Shown in pieces: positions 25,415-34,455 of a DNA stretch of 64,000 bases (position 1 is the first letter of the stretch; every line of letters begins with the position of its first letter). The DNA is from an uncultured Verrucomicrobiae bacterium. GTDB taxonomy: Bacteria; Verrucomicrobiota; Verrucomicrobiia; Limisphaerales; UBA11358. The stretch covers positions 10,765 to 74,764 of the forward strand of contig CAVWKA010000002.1 in assembly GCA_963755515.1 (NCBI GenBank), written 5' to 3'. Below the pieces are notes generated by a model. That model made no database searches. It was not told where the DNA came from and saw only the letters and a list, made by a program, of their open reading frames with translations. Position numbers and translations under genes: made by a program.

Positions 25415-26113
25415 TCATGATTCGCCGCCGAAGCGCGGGCCGATTTGCATTTTTCCGACGACGACCGCGCCGTCTTCCACCATCAGATGCCGGGCATCCA
25501 CGTCGCCGAACAACCGGGCGGTGGACTTGAGGACGACCAAGTCCCGGGCGCGGAGATTGGCGGCAAGTTCCCCGGCGATTTCGGCCGACTGGACCTTGAG
25601 CGGGGCCGTCCAGCGAAAATGATTCTCCGACGGAATGATCAGATGGGAGGCAGTCAGGCTGCCTTTGATGTCGGCGGTCGAGTAAATGGTCAAGGAGCGT
25701 TCGACGGCGAGCTTGCCGTGGAATTTTCCCCGGATGACGGCGTCGCCGACGATGGTATCGGTATTAAAGACGCAGCCTTTGGGTTCGATGACAAAGACGC
25801 CCTTGGTCTTGAAATTTTTGGCAATGGCGGTGGTGATGCGATAATCGTGCAGGTCCACGTAGCGGCCGCATTGTTTGCACATGGTGGACTCGGCGCTGGC
25901 CGGCGCGTCGAGTTCCGCGCCGCACTCGAAGCAGGCAACCCGCCTGTGTTTCGGCGTCCGCTTGGGCGCAGTTGGCGGCGGATTGAGAACGTCCTGGACG
26001 CGGAGATGCTGCCCGCATTTTTTGCAGATGGTGGAGTAGGCCGAGCGCGGCTCCATTTGTTGGTGGCCGCAATGCGGACAGGCCACCATGACCTTGTCCT
26101 GTTTCTCCGGCAT
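25415..26113 (-). CDS. bactofilin-domain protein with two N-terminal zinc ribbons
   Basis: CPHCGHQQ..17..CKKCGQ and CFECGAEL..15..CKQCGR, then a bactofilin-type beta-helix with repeated (I/V)xGxhxG motifs (VGDAVIRGKFHGKLAVERSLTIYSTADIKGSLTASHLIIPS... ARLFGDVDARHLMVEDGAVVVGKM). Confidence 0.8.
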   Translation of the reverse strand: MPEKQDKVMVACPHCGHQQMEPRSAYSTICKKCGQHLRVQDVLNPPPTAPKRTPKHRRVACFECGAELDAPASAESTMCKQCGRYVDLHDYRITTAIAKNFKTKGVFVIEPKGCVFNTDTIVGDAVIRGKFHGKLAVERSLTIYSTADIKGSLTASHLIIPSENHFRWTAPLKVQSAEIAGELAANLRARDLVVLKSTARLFGDVDARHLMVEDGAVVVGKMQIGPRFGGES

Positions 26114-26143
26114 TCAATGTCTTTCGGCCCGCCGCGGCACGAT

Positions 26144-26560
26144 TCAACGTCCGGCCCTGCCCGATTCCGGAGATTTTGGGTTATCCGGCGGACGGACCAC
26201 GGGCGGCGTGGGTTGGACCTTGTTCGGATTGACTTCGGTTTTCCCGACAAAGGTGACGCCCTCTTCGACGACCAGTTTGGGGGCGCGGATGTCGCCAAAC
26301 AATTCGGCCTTGGACTTGATCTCAATTTTTTCCCTGGCATTGATGTTGCCGTTGACCTTGCCGCGGACGACGACCGACTGGGCGGCGATGTTGCCGTTGA
26401 TGACGGCGCTGTCACCGAGGGTCAAACTGCCGTCGGTTTGGATTTCGCCGTCGAGTTTGCCATCAAAGGTGAGTTCGCCGGAGAACTTGAGGTTGCCTTT
26501 GACTTCGACGTCGGAGTTCAACGCGTTTTTGGAGGCGCCTGGTGTGTTCGTCGTGTCCAT
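26144..26560 (-). CDS. bactofilin (polymer-forming cytoskeletal protein)
   Basis: Start trimmed to ATG 26560 (RBS AAGGAGAAAAG upstream). 138 aa: VEVKGNLKFSGELTFDGKLDGEIQTDGSLTLGDSAVINGNIAAQSVVVRGKVNGNINAREKIEIKSKAELFGDIRAPKLVVEEGVTFVGK, with a Pro-rich tail. Confidence 0.85.
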   Translation of the reverse strand: MDTTNTPGASKNALNSDVEVKGNLKFSGELTFDGKLDGEIQTDGSLTLGDSAVINGNIAAQSVVVRGKVNGNINAREKIEIKSKAELFGDIRAPKLVVEEGVTFVGKTEVNPNKVQPTPPVVRPPDNPKSPESGRAGR

Positions 26561-26843
26561 CTTTTCTCCTTTTTTGTAATACTTAATGCAGGAGGAGAGA
26601 GGTGTCAAAAGTTTATTTTGCGGGCGGGGAAAAAGGGGGAAGCGTTTACGCGAATTGGCGCGAAGGGACACGAATGGAAAGGGGAAAGGCACATTCTCAC
26701 GCAACGGTCGCAGCCGCCGTCGCCCAGGCTCCCGTCTCCGCCAAGGCTACGCCGGGCAGGATGGCGGGCCAAGAAGGCCGCAAAGAAATGCAGATGAACG
26801 CAGATGAAAAAAGCTGAAAGCTGACCAGTCTTAGCCGCGCTTC

Positions 26844-26938
26844 GGGGACAAAGTTTGGTGAAAATTAGAGACTCCTTACGTCGTCTCCTACGATTAAGGA
26901 GGCCCGGACCGCGTGAACGCGGAACTACAAACGGGGGG
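26844..26938 (+). repeat. third copy of the REP-like unit seen between the kinase and regulator genes
   Basis: GGGGACAAAGTTTGGTGAAAATTAGAGACTCCTTACGTCGTCTCCTACGATTAAGGAGGCCCGGACCGCGTGAACGCGGAACTACAAACGGGGGGG. Compare 9933-10045. Confidence 0.85.
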
Positions 26939-27188
26939 GCGTTTTCGACGCGGCCAAGTGACAAAGTTGGCACAAGGACTTGAGAACAAGGGCGGCGTAG
27001 CGTCGAGCTCCGCGGCTGAGGGTGCGCGGGATTTTCCTGTCCCGCCTTCCAAAAACCGGCGACTGGCCGCCGTCGCGCCGAAGCGGCGCTTTGGCGCGCC
27101 GCGGAAGAGTCGCCGGAACCCGCCGGCTGGAAAGCCCGCGCCAGGTCTTTGTCACTGGCCCCGCCCAAGGGTTTTAGTCCGTATTATA

Positions 27189-27217
27189 TTGACAAGAAGC
27201 TGAGCTTTTTATATACT
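27189..27217 (+). promoter_or_regulatory. near-consensus sigma-70 type promoter upstream of fibre gene 2
   Basis: TTGACA (27189-27194), a 17-nt spacer, then TATACT (27212-27217), 88 nt upstream of ATG 27305. Confidence 0.55.
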
Positions 27218-27304
27218 GCCGCCGCTTCGGAAGGGCTGTTGGCGTGTCTTTGCGCCCTTTCCGAACGCACATCAAGGAACAACAAAGAGCAGAAAGGTTA
27301 AGTT

Positions 27305-29975
27305 ATGAAATCGCTGTCGCGTCGTATTGTATGCAGTGCGCTGGCCTGGCTGGCGCTTTTGACCCTCAACCTTCAACTCACGATTGCCCATGCGCAGGGG
27401 ACGGTGTTCACGTACCAGGGACGGGTGACGGACAATGGCACGAACTTTAACGGCACGGGGCAGTTCCAGTTTGCGCTGGTGACCAGCACGAACGGCCAGA
27501 CGGCGACGGCCACAGCGAACATGGGCGGGGTTTCGCCGACTAAATTCGTCAGCAGTTGCAGTATTGTCAATGGCGGGAGCGGTTACACGACGGCGCCGGC
27601 AGTGAGTTTTTCCGGCGGTGGCGGCACGGGCGCGACGGCCACGGCGAATCTCACCGGGGGCGTTGTCACGAGTATCACCATTGACACGCCTGGTTCAAGC
27701 TACAGCAGCGCGCCGGCGGTGACGATTGCGCCGCCGCCGCCGGTTTACACGACGTTTTGGAGCAACGACGGCACGAGCGTGGCCGGGAGCGAGCCATCGG
27801 CGGCCGTGGGGGTGGGGGTGAGCGGCGGCCTCTTCACCGTGGGATTGGGCGACACGACGCTGCCGGGCATGTCATCTCCGCTTCCGGCCTCCCTGTTCGC
27901 CTCGCAATCGGATCCTGGAGCTGATGATGTGGTTCAACGACGGCGTGAATGGTTTTGCGTTGCTCAATCCGTTGCAGGACCTCACGGCGACGCCTTACAC
28001 GGCTTTTGCCAACAGTGCCAGTAATTTGCTGGGAGTGTTACCGGCAGGCCAGTTAAACGGCACGGTGCCATTGTCGCAATTGCCGGCGGCAGTGGTGACG
28101 AACGATGAAACGTCCGTGACGCTGGACAATCTCACTCTCAACGGCGTAATTACGGCAAATGACGGCATCAGTATCATCAGCGGCAGTCTAAATCTGCCTA
28201 ATCCGGTCACGGTTAATTCCGGCTTTGGCAGCCTTTTTTATTCCGGCAGCGCGAATGGCAATTTTTTTGCCGGCCTCTTTGCCGGCAATCCGGCCAACGA
28301 CAACGGCGGCGACAACGCGGCCTTTGGTGCTAATGCGCTTGCATCCAATACGACCGGCTACCAAAATACGGCCAATGGCTTTGGCGCGCTTTACTTCCAC
28401 ACGGACGGCTACCAAAACGCGGCCAATGGCTATAAGGCGCTTTTTTTCAACACCAGCGGTCTCCAAAACACGGCCAATGGAGCGTTTGCGCTTTTTTCCA
28501 ACACCAACGGTTACGGAAACACGGCCGATGGCTATCAATCGCTTTATGACAACACGAGCGGCAACTTAAACACAGCCGTCGGCGCTTATGCGCTTGAAAA
28601 CAATACAACCGGCGGCGGAAACACGGCCAATGGCGAGGGTGCGCTTTTTTCAAACACCAACGGCTACGACAACACGGCCAATGGCTTCGATGCACTTGCA
28701 GACAACACGAGTGGCCACGAAAACACAGCCAATGGCGTTTATGCACTAGCAGACAACACAAGCGGCTACCAAAATACGGCCAATGGCTTTGGCGCGCTTT
28801 ACTTCAACACGGACGGCTACCAAAACGCGGCCAATGGCTATAAGGCGCTTTTTTACAACACCAGCGGTCTCCAAAACACGGCCAATGGAGCGTTTGCGCT
28901 CATTGACAACACGAGCGGCTTCCAAAACACGGCCAACGGCGAGAATGCGCTTTTTTCCAACACCAACGGTTACGGAAACACGGCCGATGGCGTTGCCGCG
29001 CTTTACGGCAACACGAGTGGCGAAAATAACACGGCCGATGGCGTTGCCGCGCTTTACGGCAACACGAGTGGCGACGGAAACACGGCCAATGGCGAGAATG
29101 CGCTTTACTCCAACACGAGCGGCAACTACAACACCGCGGTCGGCTTTGGGGCGTTAGAGGATCTTGGCTTCGGCGCCGCCGGCGGCAACAATAACATTGC
29201 GGTGGGCTTCGTTGCCGGCGGCGCGTTCACAGGGAATGAAAGCTCCAACATTGACATTGGCAATGTTGGAATCGCCGGCGAAAGCGGCGTCATCCGCATC
29301 GGCACCGAAGGGATTCAGAACTCCACTTTCCTGGTCGGCAAGGTGGGCATCAACGAAGCCAGTCCGTCAGGCGCGTTGCACATCACGGGTCCCACCAATG
29401 CGCCGCCGACCGGCGTGGGCAGCGGTGACAACGGGCTGGTGCTAGGCACGACCGGCACGACGGGCTACAAATGGATTCAGAGTTACGGCGGACCGCTGGT
29501 GTTGAACGGCCCCGGCAACGATGTCGGCATCGGCAACGAATCCCCCGTCTATCCGCTGGAGATGGGCAGCGGGGCCTATTGCAGCGCCGCAGGCGTTTGG
29601 ACGAGTGTTTCCGACCGCAATGCCAAGGAAAATTTTAGGGCCATCCAACCCGCCGAAGTGTTGGCCAAAGTCGCCGCGCTCCCGATTACGCAATGGCAAT
29701 ACAAAGCAGAGCCGACGGGAACCGAACACATCGGCCCCATGGCGCAGGATTTTCACGCGGCGTTTGGCTTGAACGGCGCGGATGACAAACACATTTCCAC
29801 GGTGGATGAAGGGGGCGTGGCGCTGGCGGCGATACAGGGGTTGAACCAGAAAGTGGAGGAGCAATTGAAAGAAAAGGACGCCGAGATTGCGGATTTGAAA
29901 CAGGAAAACGATTCGCTGGCCGAACGCCTGAACGAACTGGAACAAACGGTTAAAAAACTCGCGGAAGGAAATTAA
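27305..29975 (+). pseudogene. fibre protein with peptidase-S74 chaperone domain, paralogue 2, interrupted by a +1 frameshift near 27905-27925
   Basis: ORF 27305..28024 carries the signal peptide and head ([17 protein letters not shown]..). ORF 27924..29975 carries the body ([20 protein letters not shown].., about 16 x 17-aa repeats) and the S74 end (VSDRNAKENF..ITQWQYK..HIGPMAQDFHAAFGL..). Comparison with paralogue 1 (..LFTQPGLQLQIWFNDG..) places the frame break between LFASQS and [11 protein letters not shown]. Confidence 0.75.
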
Positions 29976-30581
29976 GAAGGGCGGGGGCGTCCGGGGGGGG
30001 CTGCCGCGTTTTCAAAAGGCACAACTCACGGCTCTTGCAGCGAAAAAAACCTTCTTAAGAATGAGCGATTTTGAGTTATTTTAATGCAAAGGATTTATTC
30101 AAAAAAGGTCAGAAGAAGTCTCACCAGATGATGTGAGCCGGTTCTCTTGAAAAAACTACGCGTATTTCGAAGGTGGCGAAATTTACGGGCGCCTTCCCCA
30201 AAGCGGTGTGGCGCTTCGCTTCCCCCCGCACTCCATGACGGCAAGCGAGTTCGTGGGCCTGTCCGCAGTTCGTTTATCAATAAAAACTGAGGCCGAAGAG
30301 GAGATGCGCGCTTCCGCCTACGCCAAGAGGCTACGGCGGACAGGTCGCCTCCGCTGCGCTTCCGTCTTCGTTGCACTCCGACGCGACGCGACGGCGCCGG
30401 CAGGTTGCAAATGCGGTTGTCGTTGGAGGCTCGGAGACCCAGGGCGGCGCTCGCAGACTCGCTTGACCTGGGCTACTATCGGTCACCCCTTCGGGGTATT
30501 ATTCTGCGGCTGCGCCGGAGGTTATTTGCAGTCAAAGCGAACCAAGAGGAAAATGACGCCGCTACAGTTTTTTTAGACGCG

Positions 30582-31304
30582 CTATTGGTCGCGGGTAATT
30601 GCGCGCATTTCGGTTTCGAAATCGCGCCTTAAAGATTCGCGATGGAGAGGGGAACTTTCGCGCGGCACATGCATCATCCTGCCGACGACGATTTCGCAGC
30701 GTGAAAATGGGAGGGGAATTTGAAAGCGGTCCCAGCTTTTCAACTGGATTTTCGGGCCCAAATGACAGGAGACGGGGACGACGGGCAATCCGGTAACCTG
30801 GGCGAGGGCCAAGACGCCCTCCTGGACGACATAAGAAGGTCCTTTCGGGCCGTCGGGGGTTATCGCGAGGTCAAAGCCGTGTTCAGCCATCGTGACCAGT
30901 TCAAGCAAAGCCTGGGGTCCGCGCCGGCTGGTGGAGCCGCGGACGGATCGCACGCCGAAGCGTCCGAGGATGGCGGAGAGGAAGGCGCCGTCCCGGCTGG
31001 CGCTGACGAGACCGGCGAGTCCCTCGGCCCGGTAATGGCGGCGTCTGAGGATGGAATGGAGTTTCATGGAGAGGGCCAGGCGATTGTGCCAGGTGCAATA
31101 GATGACCTGGCGGATGTCCTGGCGTGTCATAAATCCGTGGGGATCGTTGACACGGCAGCGGATGGTGGTGGATACGGCATGGACAACGGCCCAGATGGCG
31201 CTGGCGCCGAGGGATTGATGCCATTGAGGGCAGTGCGGCACAACGCGCCCGCTCTTCCTGGCGGATCGTATGCCGGTGCGAAGGGAATTTTGGAACTCGG
31301 TCAC
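30582..31304 (-). CDS. lysophospholipid acyltransferase family protein (DUF374 type)
   Basis: IYCTWHNRL...LVSASRDGAFLSAILGRFGVRSVRGSTSRRGPQALLEL...DLAITPDGPKGPSYVVQEGVLALAQVTGLPVVPV is the DUF374/LPLAT pattern. Confidence 0.8.
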   Translation of the reverse strand: MTEFQNSLRTGIRSARKSGRVVPHCPQWHQSLGASAIWAVVHAVSTTIRCRVNDPHGFMTRQDIRQVIYCTWHNRLALSMKLHSILRRRHYRAEGLAGLVSASRDGAFLSAILGRFGVRSVRGSTSRRGPQALLELVTMAEHGFDLAITPDGPKGPSYVVQEGVLALAQVTGLPVVPVSCHLGPKIQLKSWDRFQIPLPFSRCEIVVGRMMHVPRESSPLHRESLRRDFETEMRAITRDQ

Positions 31305-31382
31305 TCCGATTATCTATTTACGGTGAGAATGCCCGCTGGAATGGGGAATGCAAAGGGAATTGTTGGAAAAAATGCCGGCAGA

Positions 31383-31474
31383 ATGAGGATTGAGGATTGA
31401 GGATTGAGGATTGAGGATTGAGGATTGAGGATTGAGGATTGAGGAAGGAAACGACGAAGGCGGGATTTAACCGC
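31383..31474 (+). repeat. heptamer microsatellite (TGAGGAT)9 plus conserved flank, copy 2
   Basis: ATGAGGATTGAGGATT...(9 units)...GAGGAAGGAAACGACGAAGGCGGGATTTAACCGC, located 80-170 nt upstream of the minus-strand DUF374 gene start. Confidence 0.9.
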
Positions 31475-32387
31475 AAAGGGCCCAGCCGCCGTCGCCCAGG
31501 CTATGGCGTGCCAAGAAGAACACAAAGACGGAAGGCGGAAACCGACGCGGAATTTTTACCGCAGATACCGCCGATGGACGCTGATAACTTGCGCCGGTTG
31601 GGATGAGGTTGGCGGCGGCATCCAGCAATTCCGATTCGATTGATGCCCAGCGGACGTCACGGACGGTGGACTGGCATCCGCGAAGAACAGTGATTCGGTG
31701 GTCACGAGCATTCGTTTGACGCCCTTGGGCAACGATTGAAAATCCGGGTACTCTGTCACAATTGATTTCATATTCTCTCCCGACTCTGCATTGGACGCAG
31801 CCTCTCGAATGAACGATTCATTAAAATGGTAAAAATTAAAAACGCTACGAGCACGGCGCCGGTTCGAACGTGGCGACGGATTCATCGCGAATCTGTCTGG
31901 AATGAAATTGGCAACGGCAGGCCGCTGACAGCGCCTGACAAAACAGCATATGTTGTGTTTCGACCGAGTGCAGTTCAAACGGCTGGCTGGCTTTCGCCCA
32001 ATTCCAACAATCGGTCTGCCAGCCCTGTGTCCGTGTCGTCGTTGAATTCATGTAACGCATAGAAAAAGCCTCTCTCCCCCCCAACGCTGTTTGAAGTTGC
32101 CTGTCGTGAGCTTTTGATCTCAACTCACCCCCGTGCGTTCAAAACGGACTGTAAAAATTTTTGTCGCAAATCATTTTACGACCGCGTAGAAATTGGAAAT
32201 AGGTTTGAACTTTCAGGGTTAGATCGAACGAAAAAATGACAAGCGAACCAGAGAGCAATTTCAAAGGAATCAGCAATTTGAGCATTTTCAGAAAAGCTGT
32301 CGCCATTCGGTTGGGGAAAAGGAGCAGCGGATCTTTTGGGTTCTGGCTTCGTTTTCGCTCAGTCACAGGCCGCTGCGGGCATGCTCC

Positions 32388-32453
32388 TTCGCTCAGCCTC
32401 GCCAAAACCCAAAATCTCTCGCTGCCGAACGGCTACAATTTTTCTTCAAATGC
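32388..32453 (+). repeat. dispersed approximately 65-bp element, copy 2
   Basis: TTCGCTCAGCCTCGCCAAAACCCAAAATCTCTCGCTGCCGAACGGCTACAATTTTTCTTCAAATGC. Its last bases supply the ATG (32450) of the next ORF. Confidence 0.6.
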
Positions 32454-32911
32454 TCTATTCCCCTGAAGAAGTGAAACAGTTTCGGGAGATTTTCGCGGCG
32501 GAACTGAAACAATATCGGGCGTCTGATCGGCGATATGCCAATCCGATTCTGGTTGTTATCCTGGCGGGCTTCGCGGCGGTTGTTTGCGCCTTTGTGCTTT
32601 CGCAACATCCCATTAAATGGCTGCTTGGCGCCGGGATTTTTCTGATCGCCGCCGGCCTTGTTTCAATTGCGATGGCGATGTCGGTAATTCAAAAGAAGCT
32701 GATTTGTCCCGCCTGCCAGAATATGTTTCTGGATGAAATCGGAGAATGCTGCCCCGAATGCGGATCGGCATCGCTTGACCCCCCAGGCTCGGTTCTTGGC
32801 GGGCGGCGTTGTCGCGCTTGCGGGAAGAATTTATTGAGCGGCAAGAATCGCAATTTCAGATATAGGGCTTGCACTCATTGCGGGGTGTTACTTGACGAAA
32901 AGGGTTTGTGA
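32450..32911 (+). CDS. hypothetical membrane protein with C-terminal zinc ribbons
   Basis: 153 aa from ATG 32450. Two TM helices (ILVVILAGFAAVVCAFVL, LLGAGIFLIAAGLVSIAMAM), then CPACQ..CCPECG and CRACG..CTHCG. Confidence 0.5.
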   Translation: MLYSPEEVKQFREIFAAELKQYRASDRRYANPILVVILAGFAAVVCAFVLSQHPIKWLLGAGIFLIAAGLVSIAMAMSVIQKKLICPACQNMFLDEIGECCPECGSASLDPPGSVLGGRRCRACGKNLLSGKNRNFRYRACTHCGVLLDEKGL

Positions 32912-32928
32912 GAATTGATCAATCTGGC

Positions 32929-33027
32929 GCGGCTGATGAAAAGAAAAAATGGCTGAATTTTGATTTGCCGATTTCGCCGGGCATCCTCGCGGCGAGCGAA
33001 CAAACTGAGGAAGCCCAGTTGGAAAAT
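32929..33027 (+). other. approximately 100-bp fragment homologous to an internal part of comM/yifB (50283-50380)
   Basis: About 82% nucleotide identity by hand alignment, with no indels and the same frame: ADEKKKWLNFDLPISPGILAASEQTEEAQLEN versus ComM ADEKKEGPNFDLPIALGILAASDQIVTDQLEN. It is embedded in track ORF 32908..33297, whose coding status is doubtful. Confidence 0.6.
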
Positions 33028-33297
33028 CCACCAACCAGGCCAGATTCTTCGCCCGCTTTCCGGGTAGATTTCAATTCACCGCGACCGGCTTTCACTGGAG
33101 CCAATTTGAATGGAACCGTGTTCATTCAAGGAGCCTTTTGCCATGTGATTCAGGGCGACAAATATCCAACCGGTTGGATTGCCGAGGAAGACGGCAACGC
33201 TGCCTGGAAACGCTGCGTAGCAGAGGCAGGGTCAAAATGCGCCGCCGGAGCTGCTTTGGAAGAATTTTCAAAGGATTTGCTGCCGCCGTTGGTCTGA

Positions 33298-33855
33298 TTG
33301 GATAAAATCTCGAGCATGGCCCCGGCGGATGATTTTGACTGTATTCAGAACAGCCTTGTCGGCGATTCCGAGGCCTTTGCCACACTGGTTCGAAAAAATC
33401 AAAAAATGGTGTTTGCTGTTGCATTTCGCATGACGGGTTCCGTTGCCGATGCGGAGGATCTGACGCAGGAAACATTTCTGCGCGCGTACCAGCACTTGGA
33501 TGGGTTTCGCGCTCAATCAAAGTTTTCCACGTGGCTATGTCAAATCGCGGTGAACCTGGGGCTTAATTGGCGCGCCCGGGAAAGTCGGCGTGGCGATGTT
33601 CACATCAAATGGGCCGAGGATTTGGATTTGGCAGGAAGGCCTGGCAACTTTCCGGATGAACTTTCGCAGCGCGTTCAAGAGGCCCTGAACAGGCTTCCGG
33701 CGAAGCAACGTGCCGCCATTGTCCTGACGGTTTATGAAAATCAGAACCACGCGGAAGCGGCCAAAGTTTTGAATTGCAGTGAAGCCACGGTTTCCTGGCG
33801 TGTTTTTGCCGCGCGGCGGAAATTGAAACGCCTGTTGAAAGGAATGGCTATATGA
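33298..33855 (+). CDS. ECF (sigma-24 type) RNA polymerase sigma factor
   Basis: Region 2 (DAEDLTQETFLRAYQHLDGFRAQSKFSTWLCQIAVN) and region 4 (LPAKQRAAIVLTVYENQNHAEAAKVLNCSEATVSWRVFAARRKLKRLL). TTG start at 33298; the alternative ATG at 33316 is plausible. Confidence 0.9.
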   Translation: MDKISSMAPADDFDCIQNSLVGDSEAFATLVRKNQKMVFAVAFRMTGSVADAEDLTQETFLRAYQHLDGFRAQSKFSTWLCQIAVNLGLNWRARESRRGDVHIKWAEDLDLAGRPGNFPDELSQRVQEALNRLPAKQRAAIVLTVYENQNHAEAAKVLNCSEATVSWRVFAARRKLKRLLKGMAI

Positions 33856-34454
33856 ACAATTCCGACCTTGATTCCCTTTTGAGAAAGGCTCGCATTCCGG
33901 AGCCGTCGGATGAATTTTCAGCCGGATTGCCGCAACAAATGGCGCGGCAGATGAATCGTTCGCGAATGCAAGCCGCCCGGCCGCCACGAATCTGGTTGCG
34001 GCGGCTTGCTTGGGGCTTTGCAACGATCGTTTGCGTTCTCATGGCTTTTGCCGTCGGCCTTCGGCGTGGACAAACGGGAAAGGATGCAATCTCCACCAAT
34101 GACATCCTGGCAAATGTGAAATTTGTCCAGGAAACGCTGGCAACCTTTCCCGGCCAGGTCCGGGCCATTGTCGAAGATCAGCGGGGACTGAATGTGATAT
34201 TGTCCGACACCAATGATGTTCCTTCGTCCGCGCCACTTTACGTGAGGGTTTTTAACGGCAAAGAATGGGCCGCGGTGGTGACCTTCAGCGGCCAGGAAAT
34301 CCGGATTGCCGGCCAAAAGATGACCGTGCTTTCAGACGCGCATGGCGGGATCATACTTATTGGAAATGATTTTGCATGGTCAAGCCGCGGACCGGCGATG
34401 GAAAACGATGATCTCAAAATCAGCGCAAAAGACCTTGGCCTGGGCGCCCTCTAA
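33852..34454 (+). CDS. putative single-pass anti-sigma factor
   Basis: ATGA overlap with the sigma gene. Short cytoplasmic N-terminus, one TM (LAWGFATIVCVLMAFAVGL) and an extracytoplasmic domain of about 120 aa. Assigned by position and architecture only. Confidence 0.55.
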   Translation: MNNSDLDSLLRKARIPEPSDEFSAGLPQQMARQMNRSRMQAARPPRIWLRRLAWGFATIVCVLMAFAVGLRRGQTGKDAISTNDILANVKFVQETLATFPGQVRAIVEDQRGLNVILSDTNDVPSSAPLYVRVFNGKEWAAVVTFSGQEIRIAGQKMTVLSDAHGGIILIGNDFAWSSRGPAMENDDLKISAKDLGLGAL

Positions 34455-34455
34455 C

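Noticed and set aside
25445-26797. 450-aa + strand ORF, the longest ORF in this stretch
   Set aside because: It runs antisense across both bactofilin genes. Its translation is low-complexity (G/A/D/R/F-rich) with no motifs, while the minus-strand products have clear bactofilin and zinc-ribbon signatures and a good RBS. It is a typical GC-rich shadow ORF.
26605-27203. ORFs 26605..27168 (-) and 26913..27203 (+) upstream of fibre gene 2
   Set aside because: They cover the REP-like repeat copy and the promoter region. The translations are Arg/Pro/Ala-rich filler identical in style to other repeat-derived ORFs.
30720-31400. 226-aa + strand ORF
   Set aside because: It is antisense to the DUF374 acyltransferase, whose motifs are clear on the minus strand.
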